A stretch of 64,000 nt of DNA from Neodothiora populina (taxonomy: Eukaryota), in the NCBI RefSeq assembly GCF_041146345.1, contig NW_027191404.1:2108001-2172000 (forward strand), in the 5' to 3' direction. The position numbers and the translations under genes were made by a program. This document shows positions 22,532 through 39,565 of this stretch, in pieces. Every line of letters begins with the position of its first letter. Position 1 is the first letter of the stretch. The notes under the pieces were generated by a model that worked only from the letters and a program-made list of their open reading frames with translations, was not told where the DNA came from and made no database searches.

Positions 22532-24157
22532 ATGGCCTGCGACGATGCTGCCTGCAGTCCTGCCTATCTACAGCGACGGCTCGCTGATTTCCCGCCGTCG
22601 ACGATTGCCTTTTCCTCGATTCCATTCGCGTTGACCTTCCTCGGTGTTGCAAGCCTGGTCTGGCAAAAGCTCTTTCCTCTACTTACGTCTTCTGGCAAGG
22701 AGGGGCTGAACGCCCTGTACTCCAAGGATAACACAAAGTCCGGCAGCGCATATAGCATCAGTATTGGTCGCGATGCCTCCTTCAAGCGCATTGTCGCCTT
22801 CACTTTTTCAACAACCATCGCTCTCTCGGCAGTTCTCGTCGAACTGATTCTCTGCGAGATTTCCAATCTGCTGAACCCTGCAGCACGAGGCTTAGCTCTC
22901 AGACTTACTCTTCTGTCGCTGCTGGTCCTGATCGTCATCATTATCCCAGCGTTGGCGATACATTCGTGGATCTCGGCACCACTGAAGAACTCGACTGCGG
23001 CAGGTTATGCCTCGTCGCGCAAGGAGCATCCGACCCTGCGCTATATGTTTGAGGCTGTCCTTCTCGGTCTCTGGCTCCTAGCTTTTTGGTATATGCCGCA
23101 TACCTCGGTACTTCCTTCGACATTGCGCGAGCACAAGGGTAATCAGTCGCACGAGCATGGTTTCACGGAAGCATGTCTCGGTCGCATCGGCATAATTGGA
23201 ATTTCACTCATGGCCTCGTTGGCCGGCTTTGCCGCTGTATCGTCGATATGGCAGACATTTGGAGTTCGGCAACGTCCTGTGCGCGAGACGGATCTATCAC
23301 GCAAGGAAAGCGGCCTGACGGCGACACAAGAGATGCTTGCCACGAAAGAAAGCCGACTGCGCGCACTTCAGCGCAAGATGTCAGAAGCGCCACAGGACAA
23401 GGGTTTCATGAATCGCATGATGGGCTCCTTTGGGGGCAATGCGGACACAAATGAACAGCGCATATTGGAAATGGAGATTGCGGGCCTCGAAACCATGTCC
23501 ATGACGATTTCCAGCTCACTGGCCACTCTGCGGAGTCGGTACACTGCGCAGAAGCGATCGCACACGAGCACGGGTCGACTGCTCAATGCGTGCAACTTCG
23601 TCTTCTCACTGTATTGTCTGTACCGTATTGCAGCGACTTCGCTCTCTTCGCTACGGAGATGGTGGCAGCCAGACACTACGTTTGCGACCAGCGACCCGAT
23701 CAACAACATCCTGGCACTCTTGACCACCCACTATGATCCAACCCTAGACCGCGAGGCATGGTCTCGACAATTTTCCTTTCTTCTCTCCGGAGTGATGCTA
23801 CTTGCATCTTTTAATGCAGTACTGCAGACCTTTCGCCTCTTCTCGCATTTCTTCCCCAGCTTCGTTCAGCGTACGCAGACTTCGTTGCCTTTGATCATTT
23901 CTCAGATCGCCGGGGCATTTGTTATAAGTCAGGCCCTGTTGCTCCGTAGCAATCTGCCCAGTGCGGCCAGCAATGTCATCACAGAGGCTCTCGGCACTCC
24001 ACTCGAGCGTAGGTTCGTCGAGGGCTGGTTTGAGAGCTGGTTCCTCGTCGCGGTAGGACTGACAAGCGTCGGTGTGCTGATCAGTCGAAAACTGAGCACG
24101 GGTGACTGGGATGACTGGGATGATGTCGGAGATGTTGAAATGGGCAAGATGAGTTAG
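22532..24157 (+). CDS. GPR89/GPHR-like (ABA-GPCR family) Golgi pH regulator membrane protein
   Basis: Multi-pass ORF; ELILCEI, RIGIIGISLMASLAGFAAVS, coiled-coil loop, SDPI, WSRQFSFLLSG, LLLRSNLP, WFE.WFL. Confidence 0.85.
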   Translation: MACDDAACSPAYLQRRLADFPPSTIAFSSIPFALTFLGVASLVWQKLFPLLTSSGKEGLNALYSKDNTKSGSAYSISIGRDASFKRIVAFTFSTTIALSAVLVELILCEISNLLNPAARGLALRLTLLSLLVLIVIIIPALAIHSWISAPLKNSTAAGYASSRKEHPTLRYMFEAVLLGLWLLAFWYMPHTSVLPSTLREHKGNQSHEHGFTEACLGRIGIIGISLMASLAGFAAVSSIWQTFGVRQRPVRETDLSRKESGLTATQEMLATKESRLRALQRKMSEAPQDKGFMNRMMGSFGGNADTNEQRILEMEIAGLETMSMTISSSLATLRSRYTAQKRSHTSTGRLLNACNFVFSLYCLYRIAATSLSSLRRWWQPDTTFATSDPINNILALLTTHYDPTLDREAWSRQFSFLLSGVMLLASFNAVLQTFRLFSHFFPSFVQRTQTSLPLIISQIAGAFVISQALLLRSNLPSAASNVITEALGTPLERRFVEGWFESWFLVAVGLTSVGVLISRKLSTGDWDDWDDVGDVEMGKMS

Positions 24158-25012
24158 GCTGCTCACCCAGCTGGTTGGACCAGATCAGCTATAGATCACG
24201 AAGATTAACGACTATAATGCTGCATTTGGGTCAGGCGCACAGGCAACATGGCAGCGACATGCAGGCCACCGTTAAGCAAAGGGCCCACGCAGGGTTGATT
24301 ATCGGGGAAATTGAATATATGTCTTTCTGATAGCAATGACGTCCCTTTAGACTCTATCTCCTCTTTTCTACCCCCCTTTTCTCCTCTTCCTCCTCCCCTT
24401 CATCCTCCTCATCTACCGAATTCCTCCAGGATCAGCGATTACCTGAATGAAACAGTAGAGAAATATGACCGGATCCAATAGTGATGATCCATCGAGCGGT
24501 ATGGGGTAAGTTGCCTTTACTGCGAGGTACAAAGTTACATGCAGCTCGCAAACGCGTTCCCCCGCACGAAGCAAAGAGGTCGGATCTCCCGCTCTCACGT
24601 ATTGTACCACTACTACTAGTAGGCAGAGGCACGCTGACTCACCCATCTCCCACCTCGATTACATCAGCAAGCCGCCTCCCATTCCCCATACCGGAGTTCA
24701 AGTAAGTCATCGCCCTAGATCGAGTAGCATAGCAGACTGCGAAAGAGCGAGGTTGTCGGAGATGATATGGCGCAAGTTGGTTTGTCGCATGAGCTGACTG
24801 GCGCGCAGTCGGGCAAATACAGTACCTGCCCATTTCCATCATCATCATCAGTAAATCGTCTGTGACTGACACAGGGAGTTTCAAACAGCCGTGGCTGTCG
24901 CTCACAAACATTTGTTTCGCGAGTATACTGTACATAGAGCGACAGACACCGTAGTCAGCCTCGAGCTTGTCCGGACGCGCTTGCATCTAGCCTCTTGGGA
25001 AGGATAGACATC

Positions 25013-25426
25013 ATGCAGTCATCTGCCCAGGTAAGTGCCTGATAAGATGCCGTTCCAAACGCACGCCACGCTGCCTTCTCTCCTGATCATTGAAGCGGTT
25101 GCTGACATGGACATGTAGGACAATCATGATTTCGAAATGAGTATGTCTTCTCGGCGCATGACTTGTCTGCTTTTAGAGACTCCTGCTTCTCCTTCTTTCC
25201 CACATCTGTCATACTTGACTTCGCGTGTCGGTTCTGTTGACATTCAGCCTTTCTTCATCCAATATATGGCGTTGCGTCCTTCTGTTGTCCTGTGACCATT
25301 GCAAATGCGCGCATACTGAAAATTGCAACAGGCCTACGCGACCAACTGATCGCTGCGCAACATGGTCCAACCGCGCCTACAGGATCCCAGCCTGCAGAGC
25401 ATCATTACCCTCCGCCATCGGCACAT

Positions 25427-25464
<38 letters not shown>

Positions 25465-26540
25465 CTCGCCGCCGCCACCGCCACCATTGCACCACCAACA
25501 ACAACAACAACAACAACAGCAGCAGCGACAACATCTTGATCCGTCCATAGCTGGTCAGCACGTCGAGTCGTACACGATGCCTCCAAGCAACGGCATCATG
25601 CAACATCATGACAACTCGCCCGCCGCCAACAAGGCTGCGAGCAAGGCTCAGCGCGAACTCTCTACCACCAAGCGCGCGGCTCAGAACAGAGCTGCTCAGG
25701 TTTGTCGCCTTGTGTTCGATGTCCTCCTCTTTGCTGGACTAATCACCCCTTGCAGCGCGCTTTCCGTCAGCGAAAGGAGGAATACATACAAAAGCTTGAG
25801 GAGGAAGTGCAAAAGTTCAGGTCTACCGACGAGCAATTCAAGACTCTACAAGCTGAGAACAGTGCGCTGCGTGCATACGTTGCTGAACTGCGAGAGAAAT
25901 TGTTAGAGGCCAAGATTCCCGTACCGCCATCTCCTCAGATGCAGAGGGCTGGCCCGGCCGATTCGCTGGCTTACGATGCAACTTCATCGTCTCTGCCTCC
26001 AGGAGGTACTGCCAGTGGAGATCAGCAGGCTAGATTCTTAGCACAGCCTAATGCGGAGGAGGATCGTTACCACCCAGACATGCGAAGTAGCCAGCAACAA
26101 TATCAAGAACATGAAGGCCACCCGGGGCTTGCTCAACAACAACAACAACAACAACAGCCGCAATACCAGCAATCAACACCCACCCCTAGTGGGATCTATA
26201 TATATTCCAAGGCTCCTTCAGATCCTGCTCCTCTACCTGGCGCAATCGATCAGCTCCGTGCTGCCGCCGCCTTGGCAGATCGACTCGAAAACGAAATCCC
26301 TGCTCACGACTCTCCGACTATTGGCAGCCCCTCTACCAAAGTGGAAACCGAGTCTCGACTGTCTTCTGATCCAGGTGATCAACCACCTCGCAACAAGCGA
26401 CCACGTCTGGAAGAAGCCGAAGGTAGCAAGACTTCAGCAGGTGAGCTACGACTCCTGGCCGCACTGCATGCATACAGTAATGATTAACGGGACTGGTTCT
26501 TTCCCCATTCTTTGCTGTAGCAGCTGAGGCTTCTTCTTGA
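25013..26540 (+). CDS. bZIP transcription factor with polyQ tracts
   Basis: Exons 25013-25030, 25119-25140, 25332-25699, 25756-26440, 26521/26524-26540; basic region LSTTKRAAQNRAAQRAFRQRKEEYIQKLE followed by a leucine zipper. The last exon is ambiguous (see findings). Confidence 0.85.
25427..25525 (+). repeat. CAG/CAA trinucleotide repeats coding Q12 and Q10 either side of a poly-Pro run
   Basis: (CAGCAA)6 at 25427-25462; CAA/CAG x10 at 25496-25525. Confidence 0.9.
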
Positions 26541-28755
26541 AATGATTGTTCATCACAACAATGTCCACCATGCAACGAGCACATCATACACAACCCATCT
26601 GTCTCTTTATCTCGTTAATTTCTCTTCACACGCCTCCTTTTTCTTTCTCTCTGGATGTGTTTGCAAACAGGAAGACTAATGTGTTGCGTGTTTTTCCAAC
26701 GACTACAGCAGGCGGAGTGCTCGTGGCCCTCGTTAATAGGCTCGCTGGACTGACCGGTAAAGGCTCAGGTTCGGGAAGCGTGAGCGGAAGTCCTTCGAAG
26801 ACTTGATTTTCATAAGTCAACCACAACGGTCGATGTTTTTTCTTTCTTCTGTCAACACGACTCCTTTACATGGCTGTGTTCATTTCGAGTTCTTCGTTTC
26901 AGAGACCCTCTTGAGGCCAACGACTCAAGGAAGACTAGACTTGTACCGAATTGTCTGTCTCTATCGTATGGACGTTTTCCTGAACAAAGTCGATATCCAA
27001 GCGCCGATCGGAGGTGTCGTTAGTAATGCCGCGATCCAGGAGCAAAGCAGACCACTGTTCGAGATGAACAAATGTCAGAGAGATGAACAGCAACCTGGAA
27101 TGCACACTTTAGATGGATGTGGAAGGGGTTCCCGGTTTGATTCATTGATACCTTTTTCTTATCTTCTCATTCTTTTTTTTTTCAAACTCCCATTGTTACA
27201 TATTACCTTTTTTTTCCCCATGACGATAACACATTAATCCAACCTTTTTCCTGTCGTTGTTCTCGGACTATGCATCTGTCCTTGATCATCCTCTTGTGCC
27301 ATATGGGCCAACATGTCATACTGCGCTCCTCGTCGCCTGTAAACACCATGTCTTGTCTCAAATCTTCCTCTCGTAATCATAGACATCATGTCCAACAGAC
27401 ATAGGCATCCGAAATAGTATATCAATGTGAAGTACAGCCTCGGTATGCCACCTCGATTGAACGCGAGCGACTCGTGACAGATCCGTCAATTGATCGATTA
27501 AATCACATGAACATGATAGTACTAGTAGTACATCAACGTATCGCCCGAGCCCGGGGCTAGGTAGATGCGAAAAAGAACGTCGTTGATGAACGTATATATA
27601 TCCGAGGGTACACATGCACGCATGTGATCATCAATGTTGTCAATGAAGAAGTTTGTCAGGCGAGAAGAGGAGACGAAGATAGCGGTACCGGTACGTTCCC
27701 TCGACGAAAGTCATGAAAACAAAGGACAAGGACAGGGTCATGACCACGATTCTCCCTGCCACGCCGCCGCCATCGAAATCCTCTAGATTCCAGTCTCAAG
27801 TCTCAATGTCCTAGGAAGCTTGCGTTCTCGAGTCTCCACCTACTTGTCTCTTCTCGAGACCCTTCGAGGTTCTTGTATTATTGATTGATGCGAGTCTTAT
27901 GTCAGCGACACAACTCTTGTAATTAGCGATGGAACTCCTCGTACCTCAGCAGTACAAGCCGACAAGACGTAAGGAAAGCAAAAAGAACAAATCAGAGATT
28001 TTGAGAAAGGGTAGATCTAGAGATCACAGAGACTTGTGGCTCACGGACTATCATGCATCTGTTCGAAACCATCGGTTGGAAGCTAGGTAGGGAGGTAGGC
28101 AAAGCAATAGTACCACTTGTACATGATCAGATATATCGACAAAACCGGCGAGGTAGAAAAGAACAAAGGGTAGTAGAACAAGATGAAGACTTGGTAGACG
28201 ACTAGAGAGAAAAAGAGGGTGGTGCGAGATTGGGAAAGAAGAAAAGGGACTAGTAGTAGTGAGACAACGCAGTCTTCTTACTTGTGCCTTCCCTCCCCAT
28301 CTTTTATTCTTCATACTCTCACAGACCTCAATCTCCCTCGTCCTCCCCCCCTCTCCCCTTGTTTCCTCTATATACGCAAGAAAAGCAAACAGCAAGAAAA
28401 AACGCCTTCAAAAACTCCGGTTTCTTTACGCCATTATAAAGAACAACGTCACAGGTCGAAAAGCGAAAAAGGGGGGGAATAAATCAAAAACACGAGAGCA
28501 CCCCATCAGTCTCATGGCACTCCGTTCCACGACTGCATCCTGCTCGCTTCATTGCACGGCTGCTTCTGGACGTCCCTGCAAGCGGAACAACACCTTGGGG
28601 CTCACCAAACATACATGATCCGATGTCCCTAGAGAATTACACCATTGCAGCAGTCTTCGTTTCCCATAGTCATCTCATCTTTCGCATAATCGACGGCCTG
28701 AAGCTTTCGTGGAGGGTAAGCGACGTTCTTCTCTCACTCTTTTCCTTTCACATCT

Positions 28756-29768
<1,013 letters not shown>

Positions 29769-30619
29769 GACGAAGGCGGTAGTGTCAAGAAAAGGCTCAG
29801 CAGGATCAGGATTAATTGATTAATGTGTGCGTTCAATAAACAAACAGCGGGCACGAGTAGATGTTTCTTTGTTCTCGGAGCCAGGAAAGTGCAGTTAGCA
29901 GTATTGTACTCGTAGTAAGGCGCGGGGGTCAAGTTGGCACGCTTGGGTTAAGGGTTGTGGAGACGTTGATTGAAACAGTGGCACACCAAAGTCTACCTAC
30001 TCGTACCAGCGCGGGATGGTGCCAAGGTACGGAGGTAAGGTAAAGTAAGGATAAGTTAGGGTAAATTATTATGATATTATGTTTCTTGTTCAAAGAAGAC
30101 TCGGTGCTTGTTTTAATGCAATCAATCGGGGAGCTTGGTAATCAAGAGAAGGAAGAAAGGGCATAAACGGCGCCTTTTGCAAGCAACAAGTGTAGAGATA
30201 ATGGATGCCTGATTGCAGAGGATCTGATGAAATGGCGGTCGTGGCAGGAGCTCGAGCACAAAGAAGAGGAAGTGAATCCGTCATCCACCGCCTACAAGCC
30301 GCCAAGCCTTGTATCCGCTCGAGTAAGGTACCTTCACTCGACTCCGTCATCCGTCACATGCCATACCTTAGCATATCAGAGTCATTGCGTCAAACATAAC
30401 GCCTTTCAACTTAGAAAATGTACTCAACCTCGGGCAAGGTTACCCTGCGCCATCACGGGGTGGGAATACAGATATTCGAGGCAGAAACACCATTCGTTAA
30501 TTTTGATTGACATGGCTAGTACGCTCACTGCGTAGATGTGAAGCGTCTGTAGTCTTTGGTCATATTCTTCATGCGCCATCCTACTGGAGAATCCAGTTAC
30601 CCTTCACACATGATACCGC

Positions 30620-32763
30620 CTAGAAGTATCTCTTGTATGCCCAGCGGATCCTGTGCACCACCTTCATCTGCTTCTTCACTCCCGTCCTCACATCGACCAA
30701 CTCCTCAATATCTTCGACAAATTCCCTGAAGACTTGTCCTGGCATGACTCTCCTGGCTTCTTGTCTGAGCACATGCACCTCACACAGGAGCAGGCCATGA
30801 TCCTTGTAGTATAGCTCTCCGAAGTCCGTAGGAGTGCTGTTTGTCAGGACGCGGTCGATGTTGCGGAGTTGTCTCGTCATTTGACCTTGCTTCCTCGCTT
30901 GGTCAATTCCCTTTCGTGAACTGAAGCTTGATTGTAGCCAGCGTGTCAAACCGATGCAGACAATTACTCCAGGCGTGAGACCGACCAAGCCAAACACGAG
31001 CTCTTGGCTCTTCAGTAAAGCATCGATGCCTCCGATGGCTACTTCGACATCCACCTTTGTCTTCTGAATTTGTATTAGCAGGGCACGGATCAGGTTGCCG
31101 CGCACCGTTCCCATGAACGGACTGGCAAGGTCTTTCTCGTATGCTTTCAAAACAGGTGTGAGATCTCCTTCGCGGATCTTGGCTCTGATGTCTGCGATTT
31201 CCGCCTCCGTGAGTGGGTTGCCCGTGTCTGTCGCGTTTCCGGGGTTGTCAACAGCGAAATCAACGACCATCCGTTCGAGACTTGCGCGATCGCCCTCAAG
31301 CGAGCGCTTCGACATGATGGAGACTTCGCTGCCCTCGTCATGGCGGATGGTCTTGATAAGATTGCGTGTCGGCTCGACGACCCAGTTTGTCCAAAAGTCA
31401 AGCATGGTGTGTCCAAGTTCCTGGATCCAAGTGATGATTTCAGCTCGACGGTTGACCACGATGCGGAGGACAGTACTAGATGAGAGGATGCCAAGTGTGA
31501 TGGGGAACCAGTATCTGATCAGTTTCGAAGGTCTGCCGTGCTCCGTGACGGCGGCTTTTGAGCCTCGTGTGTATTCGGGAATGCGCGAGTCGAGAAGCCT
31601 CATCAGCCTATCTGCGATTGCGGAGGCCTGAACACCAGTAGCACCTGTTCCCTCACCGTAGATGTCAATCTCGTAGAGTGGATCCTCGTCCGTCTCCTCG
31701 GCGATGGCCGCGTCGAACTTATCCACGGAGAGATCCTTTTCGTTGACTTTCGCAAGCACAGCATCCATTATCGCTACGTTCCTCGCGACACTGGCTTTCC
31801 ATTTATCACGGCCACTGGTCTTTTCATCGGGTGTCGAGAGACCCTCACCGTGTACACTCTCGTTCATCAGTCCTTCTCCGAGCAGTATACCCAAGGCGTT
31901 CGCTCCCCTGAGCCTGCACTTTTTGAGGTTTGCCTGCTTTTGTCGGACCTCACTTCTGATCCTCTGTACAGGGCTCACGACGCGCTTCTTCATCTCATAG
32001 ATACTCCTGTCCCGGACAACTTCCTTGACGAGGCCGTAGAACTGACGCCACTGGTCGGTGACGCTCTGCTGCGCATTGGCTCCAGCCTCGCTCATGTTGA
32101 AGCGATTGTTTCTGGCTCTTTGCTGCACGTCCGTCCAAACATTGCTGCCCCACTCCATGAATTTGAAGGGCGACACTTGTATACTGTACAAAGCAGTGTA
32201 GTATTGTTTGTTGAGAATCTCATCCCAATACCAAACATCGTCTGCCAGCGCGACAGTCTCATCCAATAGTCGAGAGAGCACCAAGCCGTACACTTGCACT
32301 GTAGCTTTGGACACCACTAACCACTGCAGCTCCTGCTCATACTCGTCCTGTGGCTGTTGCCGATCTTCCGAGTCTTCATCTTGTTCTGTCGTAGCCGCCG
32401 AGGCAGAGTTCGAGTCCAGTCCAGCTGCAGAAAGATAATTGCGAATCTGCGAGCTGGAGAGTAGGGGGTTGCGCGCCGAGGGGTTTGTCGACAGTGACTT
32501 GACTAGTGACTGGAGGTGAAGGATGTGTGGAGATGGCGCAGGAGGATGTTCAGCCGAAGAGGTTTGCGCACCCAATGCACCTGCCGAAGAGAGTTGTAGA
32601 CGGTCGAGTTGGCCATCCACGCGGCGGATCTGGCTGTTGTCGCCGACATGTCAGTCTGGGCGCTTATGAAATGGACAGTATCTTTCCCCTCTCTTTCTCC
32701 CATAAAAAGATCAAATGAGAGGGAACAGAATCAAGGTAATACGCACTCTACTACAAAAGACAT
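30620..32763 (-). CDS. NCA2: Nuclear control of ATPase protein 2 (Nca2)
   Basis: Exon 1 32763-32747 (MSFVV) spliced to 32633 (DQIRRVDGQLDRL); HGRPSKLIRYW, NWVVEP..TIRHD, SLERMVVDF, RALLIQIQKTKVDVEVAI.GID.LLKSQELVFG. Confidence 0.9.
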
Positions 32764-33780
32764 GATGACCTTAGATCTCAAGCTCCTCTACGGAGAAAGG
32801 GGATGGTAGAATACTCAGTATCAGCAAAGCAAAAGAATATATCATTTATCGCAAGCTCAGTCATGCATAGCACAGGGTGACGTTAACGCATCTCAGGCAA
32901 TGCGGTAAAAGAGCATAGCGAGGAGCACAAGGTCACAGATGCAAAAGCCAGATATGGAAAAGGCTGGAAACGATATAGCCTCGACTAAGGCAGGGTAGGG
33001 TAAGGTAGGGTGAGAGTAACCGTTCACTCACACGCGTGACGAGAACCGCGTCGGTGACTCGCATGTGCCCGGTTCTCTGCAAGATGATGTCACCTTTGGG
33101 CTCTGCAACCTCACCTCTTTGCAGTGCATCGAGATGCTCTCCGGTAGGTAGCTTCCATGGTATTTATGCTTGAGTATCTTCGTCTAGTTGAATAGGATAT
33201 TACATGCAAAAAGGTCGGGTTCTGCTTTCACGAGTTGTGCTTTCCCGTCGGTTCTCAAGCGTGCTGGCTCAGTATGCGATGCATTTCGGCTTTCGAAGCG
33301 TGGCGACCTGCCGGTGCGCAATGCCCACTACTGTAAGGTACATTGCTAGCTAAGTAGCATGCCCTCGGTCAGCATCAACCACTCGACTTGCTCAAGAAAA
33401 TGATGATTGGTTATAACAGTCTTTATTCAATATCTCCGATGTTCAACGTAGGGTAAAGTAAACAACTCATCCTGTAGAAATTAATATGTTCCACTGCAGA
33501 GTACTGTTCCGTCAGTTGTGGGAAGATGCGGCCAAAATGCCTGTCTCTCCGATACAAGAACAATAGAGCTCAAGAAAACCACTTTGCTCCCATTCTACGC
33601 CGCCCAATGCATGATGCTGGTGTTCCAGAAACGAAGGTGCTTGGTTCCATTCTCCACCTGACGCTGCCGAAGATGAAAGAGTCCGCTTAGCCGGTTCATG
33701 ATACATTCGATATTATAGTATAAGTTGGTCGACACGTGCATGACCACAGATTGCAGGTACGTCTTCTGATGTCTCCGTGT

Positions 33781-34924
33781 TTACTGAGCCTTCCTGGCCT
33801 CTGCGAGCTTCTTCTCTCTTCTTCTCTTTGCGGCCTCGGGTCCAGCCTCTGTGTCAAGGACAAAGTCCCACCATCTGAAGGAACTTGCGTAGTTGCCGAT
33901 GAAGCGCTCGTGGTGCACGTCGTGGTGCTCGGCTCCAGCCCAGAAAGGAAGGAAATGGTGCAAGCTCCATGGGAACTCGTAGCCAGAGTGCGCATCGATG
34001 GCCTGGAAAAGACGAAGGACGATCCACACGTACATGGTCAGGATGTGCAGGTCCTTGGTAAACGCACACCAGACAATGGGCACGCCGACAGTCCCGAATC
34101 CGAGGACCATGACTTCGATTGGAGACGCGTATTCGGCAGCGAGACCGAAAGGTGCCGAGTACTGGTGGTGGATCTTGTGAATGCCCTTGTACAGAGGTCC
34201 CCAGTGCATGGCGCGGTGGGACCAGTAGTGCCAGGCGTCCTCGAGGACGAAGAAGATTGCGATCTGGTAGGCCATCTTGTAAAGAGGAGGGAAGGGGACG
34301 CTGGTGCCCATGCCGAAGTATTGAGCCATTGGGTGGAAGAGCCTATTCGATTGTCAATTCCCGAGTCCTGTCAATGCAATGCAAACGAGAGCCGTACCAG
34401 ATCTGAGGCAGTTCTACGGTGAAATGACTGATCAGAACGAGCTTGGCGCATTGCCATTGCTCTGCTGCAGTAGGGATCTTGTTCTGCATACAGTGTCAGC
34501 GCGACGTTGTGGCGAATTCGACAAGGTGGCATCTCACGGCCTGAAGCTTGTACTTGTTGAATGCAGGAATACAGTCGATAATGATCCATGGGAGAGAGCG
34601 GCCGAAGTAGATGAGTTCGTGCATCAGAAACGACATGATGCCGGTGGCGAGGACATCATTGCCCATGTACGCGTACCATGCAGCCCACATGCGCTCCAAG
34701 TAATTGAGGTGCACATTGTATTGTGAAATCTGCTCGAGGTGGTTCCAGTAGGTATCCGTTGTATGTGGTAAGGCATGCGACAGTAATGTCGTCGTATTGA
34801 CTGATTGTCTACAGAGGGAAATTGTTGAATCAGCGGCACGACTTTTGCATGTAGTAACCATAACACAAATCCCAGATCCGAGGACAAAACAACAGGAAAA
34901 GCAAGCCACTTACATGAAATCCAT
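33781..34924 (-). CDS. ERG25: C-4 methylsterol oxidase
   Basis: Exons 34924-34914, 34808-34538, 34483-34398, 34342-33781; His boxes [37 protein letters not shown]. Confidence 0.95.
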
Positions 34925-37359
34925 CTTTGCTGACCCAAGCCTCTAACAATGTCCTTAGAGAATTGGTAAGATGTATACGGGACTTGAAAATCTCTAGGAC
35001 CACTGGAGAGAGAGGGAACAAAGATATAATCTAGGGACGGGCTGGCACAGGCTCACAAACCCTCACCAGTTAACAACTTTAATTGCCTGCGCGCGATTTC
35101 AAAGTGGTTCGATTTTATGATGGTCCCTGACCAAACAGACCAATCAGGAATGACACGGGACTAGCGGTAGATTGATACCGAAGGGGGTGAGTGGGGGGAT
35201 GGGAGGGTCAGTAAAATTGGGTAAGGTAAATAAGGGGTCCACACTTTGTGCTACTGTACGAGCACCTTACCTTATCCATCGTCTCACAGATCTTTCTCGC
35301 GCTGAATCTTGGGGGGGCGGCGCGCGGGATTTTGGCTTGTTCTCGAAATCTAAAAGGTCAATGAGATGCAAAGCAAAGCGCAAAGCCCTCGATGCGTTGT
35401 CTGGGCGCTCCGTAGCCCTGTGTCAACAGCCGCGAGAACGACAACCACCTGATGATGGCGAGATGGTCACGACAGAGAAGTATGATCACAACCCATCAAA
35501 TCCGTACGACTGGGTGAACCAGAAAACCCAAGCCATCGACAGATACAAATGAAAAATAATCGTCCCATGAATATTTTTTGTCTCTATCCAATCATGAAAC
35601 CATCACGTTGACAGATCAAAGGCCTCGTTCGACTTCCGATGTGATTGATGTGCAAGGTACGGTATGTCACCGCATACTCTATTTCGATGTACAAAGTACC
35701 TTACTTCGCCTCCGTAGCCCCAATATAACATAAGGTATGCCCCAAGGTTTCGTACAATCAACCAACAGTCCTCTGGCCGGCCGGTCTGCCATCCTCTTTT
35801 TGTTGTTGGCGGCACATGAATCCAACCAACCGACAGACCGGGCGAATAGACCGTTTCGTCTGAGCCCCTGTCCATTTTTTCGCCACAATATCATGATTTT
35901 TGCGTGCAGTGCATACGCAATGCGAGCTTGCTCTCTGTCTCTTTCTTCTTTCAGAGCGTCGGAGATACGGCTTCCAAAGCTCACTTCCGAGTCCGGCGTA
36001 ACCTAGTCGGATTGAGCAGTGATATCACACTCCCCATATTTTGTCCCACTGTTCCAGAAGAAACGGACCCCCATTTGATTCCCCTTTCGTATGTGTGTGA
36101 AGAATTGCACTTCACACTTGTAGGTTGCGTGCGCAAGCTCTTCTACCAGTCAATTGTGGGACCTGAAGAGACGCATCATCTATCCACTTTTATTTTTTTC
36201 TTACCTTTGGTGGTGCGTAATGAACAGCACCCCTCTCTGTCTGCAGGTAGGTTTCATGGGACGATTGAGAATAACAAAGCAAACAATTCAACGCAATCGG
36301 CCGTGCGCGCGCAGTCGACGAGCGAAATAGGCCATAGCAAATAGCTCGCGAGCAGTTCCACTGCGGATGTCCAAGCATTTACAAGACTTTGTAGATACAG
36401 GCATAACCAAAAAAAAACACATGACTTATCAGTCATATCTACTGACTCGTATATCATAGCAAGCCATGCAGAATGAGATTCAAAGTGAAAGTGTCTTGCC
36501 CTATTTCGCCTGAATGAGCAAATCATGTATACCCTAGGCAGGTAACCACAATACAATTACTTTCTCGGTAGTGATGCGATCACTATCCCTCTTCTCCCTC
36601 CCAATCCTTTTACGTTTTAGTCAAGCTGTCAAGTCACAGAAGCCAGAGCGGACAAATTCGAGACACAAGAACGAGAAAAGGACCCACAAGGAAGGAAGGG
36701 ACGAGTGTTTCATCGAAGAGCATCAAGAAAGTAGAATAAGGTCCGAAAAACAGCTCGAGTATATAGCGGGAACACGACCGAGATGGAACCAAAAAGCCCT
36801 CGTTTGAGGGAGGGAGCATACTTGACGTGATATTTCTCGATCTTTGTTTGTTTCTCCAAATCCCAGTAGCAGAGCATAGCAGAGGCAGAGCAGATCAAGG
36901 AATTTGAAAAATAGCAAAAGGGGCAGGGCGAACAAAGTACACCTTAAAACACCCGTTGTTGACCCACGAAACAAAGTCCCCAAGCATAGTTGTCAAAACA
37001 CCATTCAAGATGCCAAAAACAGAAAAGGAGGATCAGAGAAGGGACAGAGGCAAAGGAAAAGGCAGGGAGATCAGGATCAGGAGAGCGCAGAAAAGCGGAC
37101 GATAGTGCATATTGACGACATGCAATGCTTTCCCTACAGCAATCCTAGACTGAACCACCTTCTCCTACTTCCATCCGAATCGAGACTTGCTCGTGAGACT
37201 TTGTATGGCGTCTCGAAAGCAAGAAAAAAGAAAATCCCGTCGTCGGTGTGCCGACGTCCCCCCCAGTCTGCTCAATCGTGCCTCCGTCCAGCCATCCAAG
37301 CGTAAGAGTCATTATGAAGACAAGGTCGATTTCAACCTCATCCTGAATGCCGAACAAGC

Positions 37360-39565
<2,206 letters not shown>

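Noticed and set aside
33399..33480. Isolated box C-like ATGATGA (similar ones near 19269 and 35449)
   Set aside because: No downstream CTGA at a suitable distance, no terminal stem and no rRNA-complementary guide.
35172..37305. Short ORFs between ERG25 and SKY1, e.g. 35679-35984 on the minus strand
   Set aside because: Mostly non-ATG starts or low complexity; I could not build a coherent exon chain.
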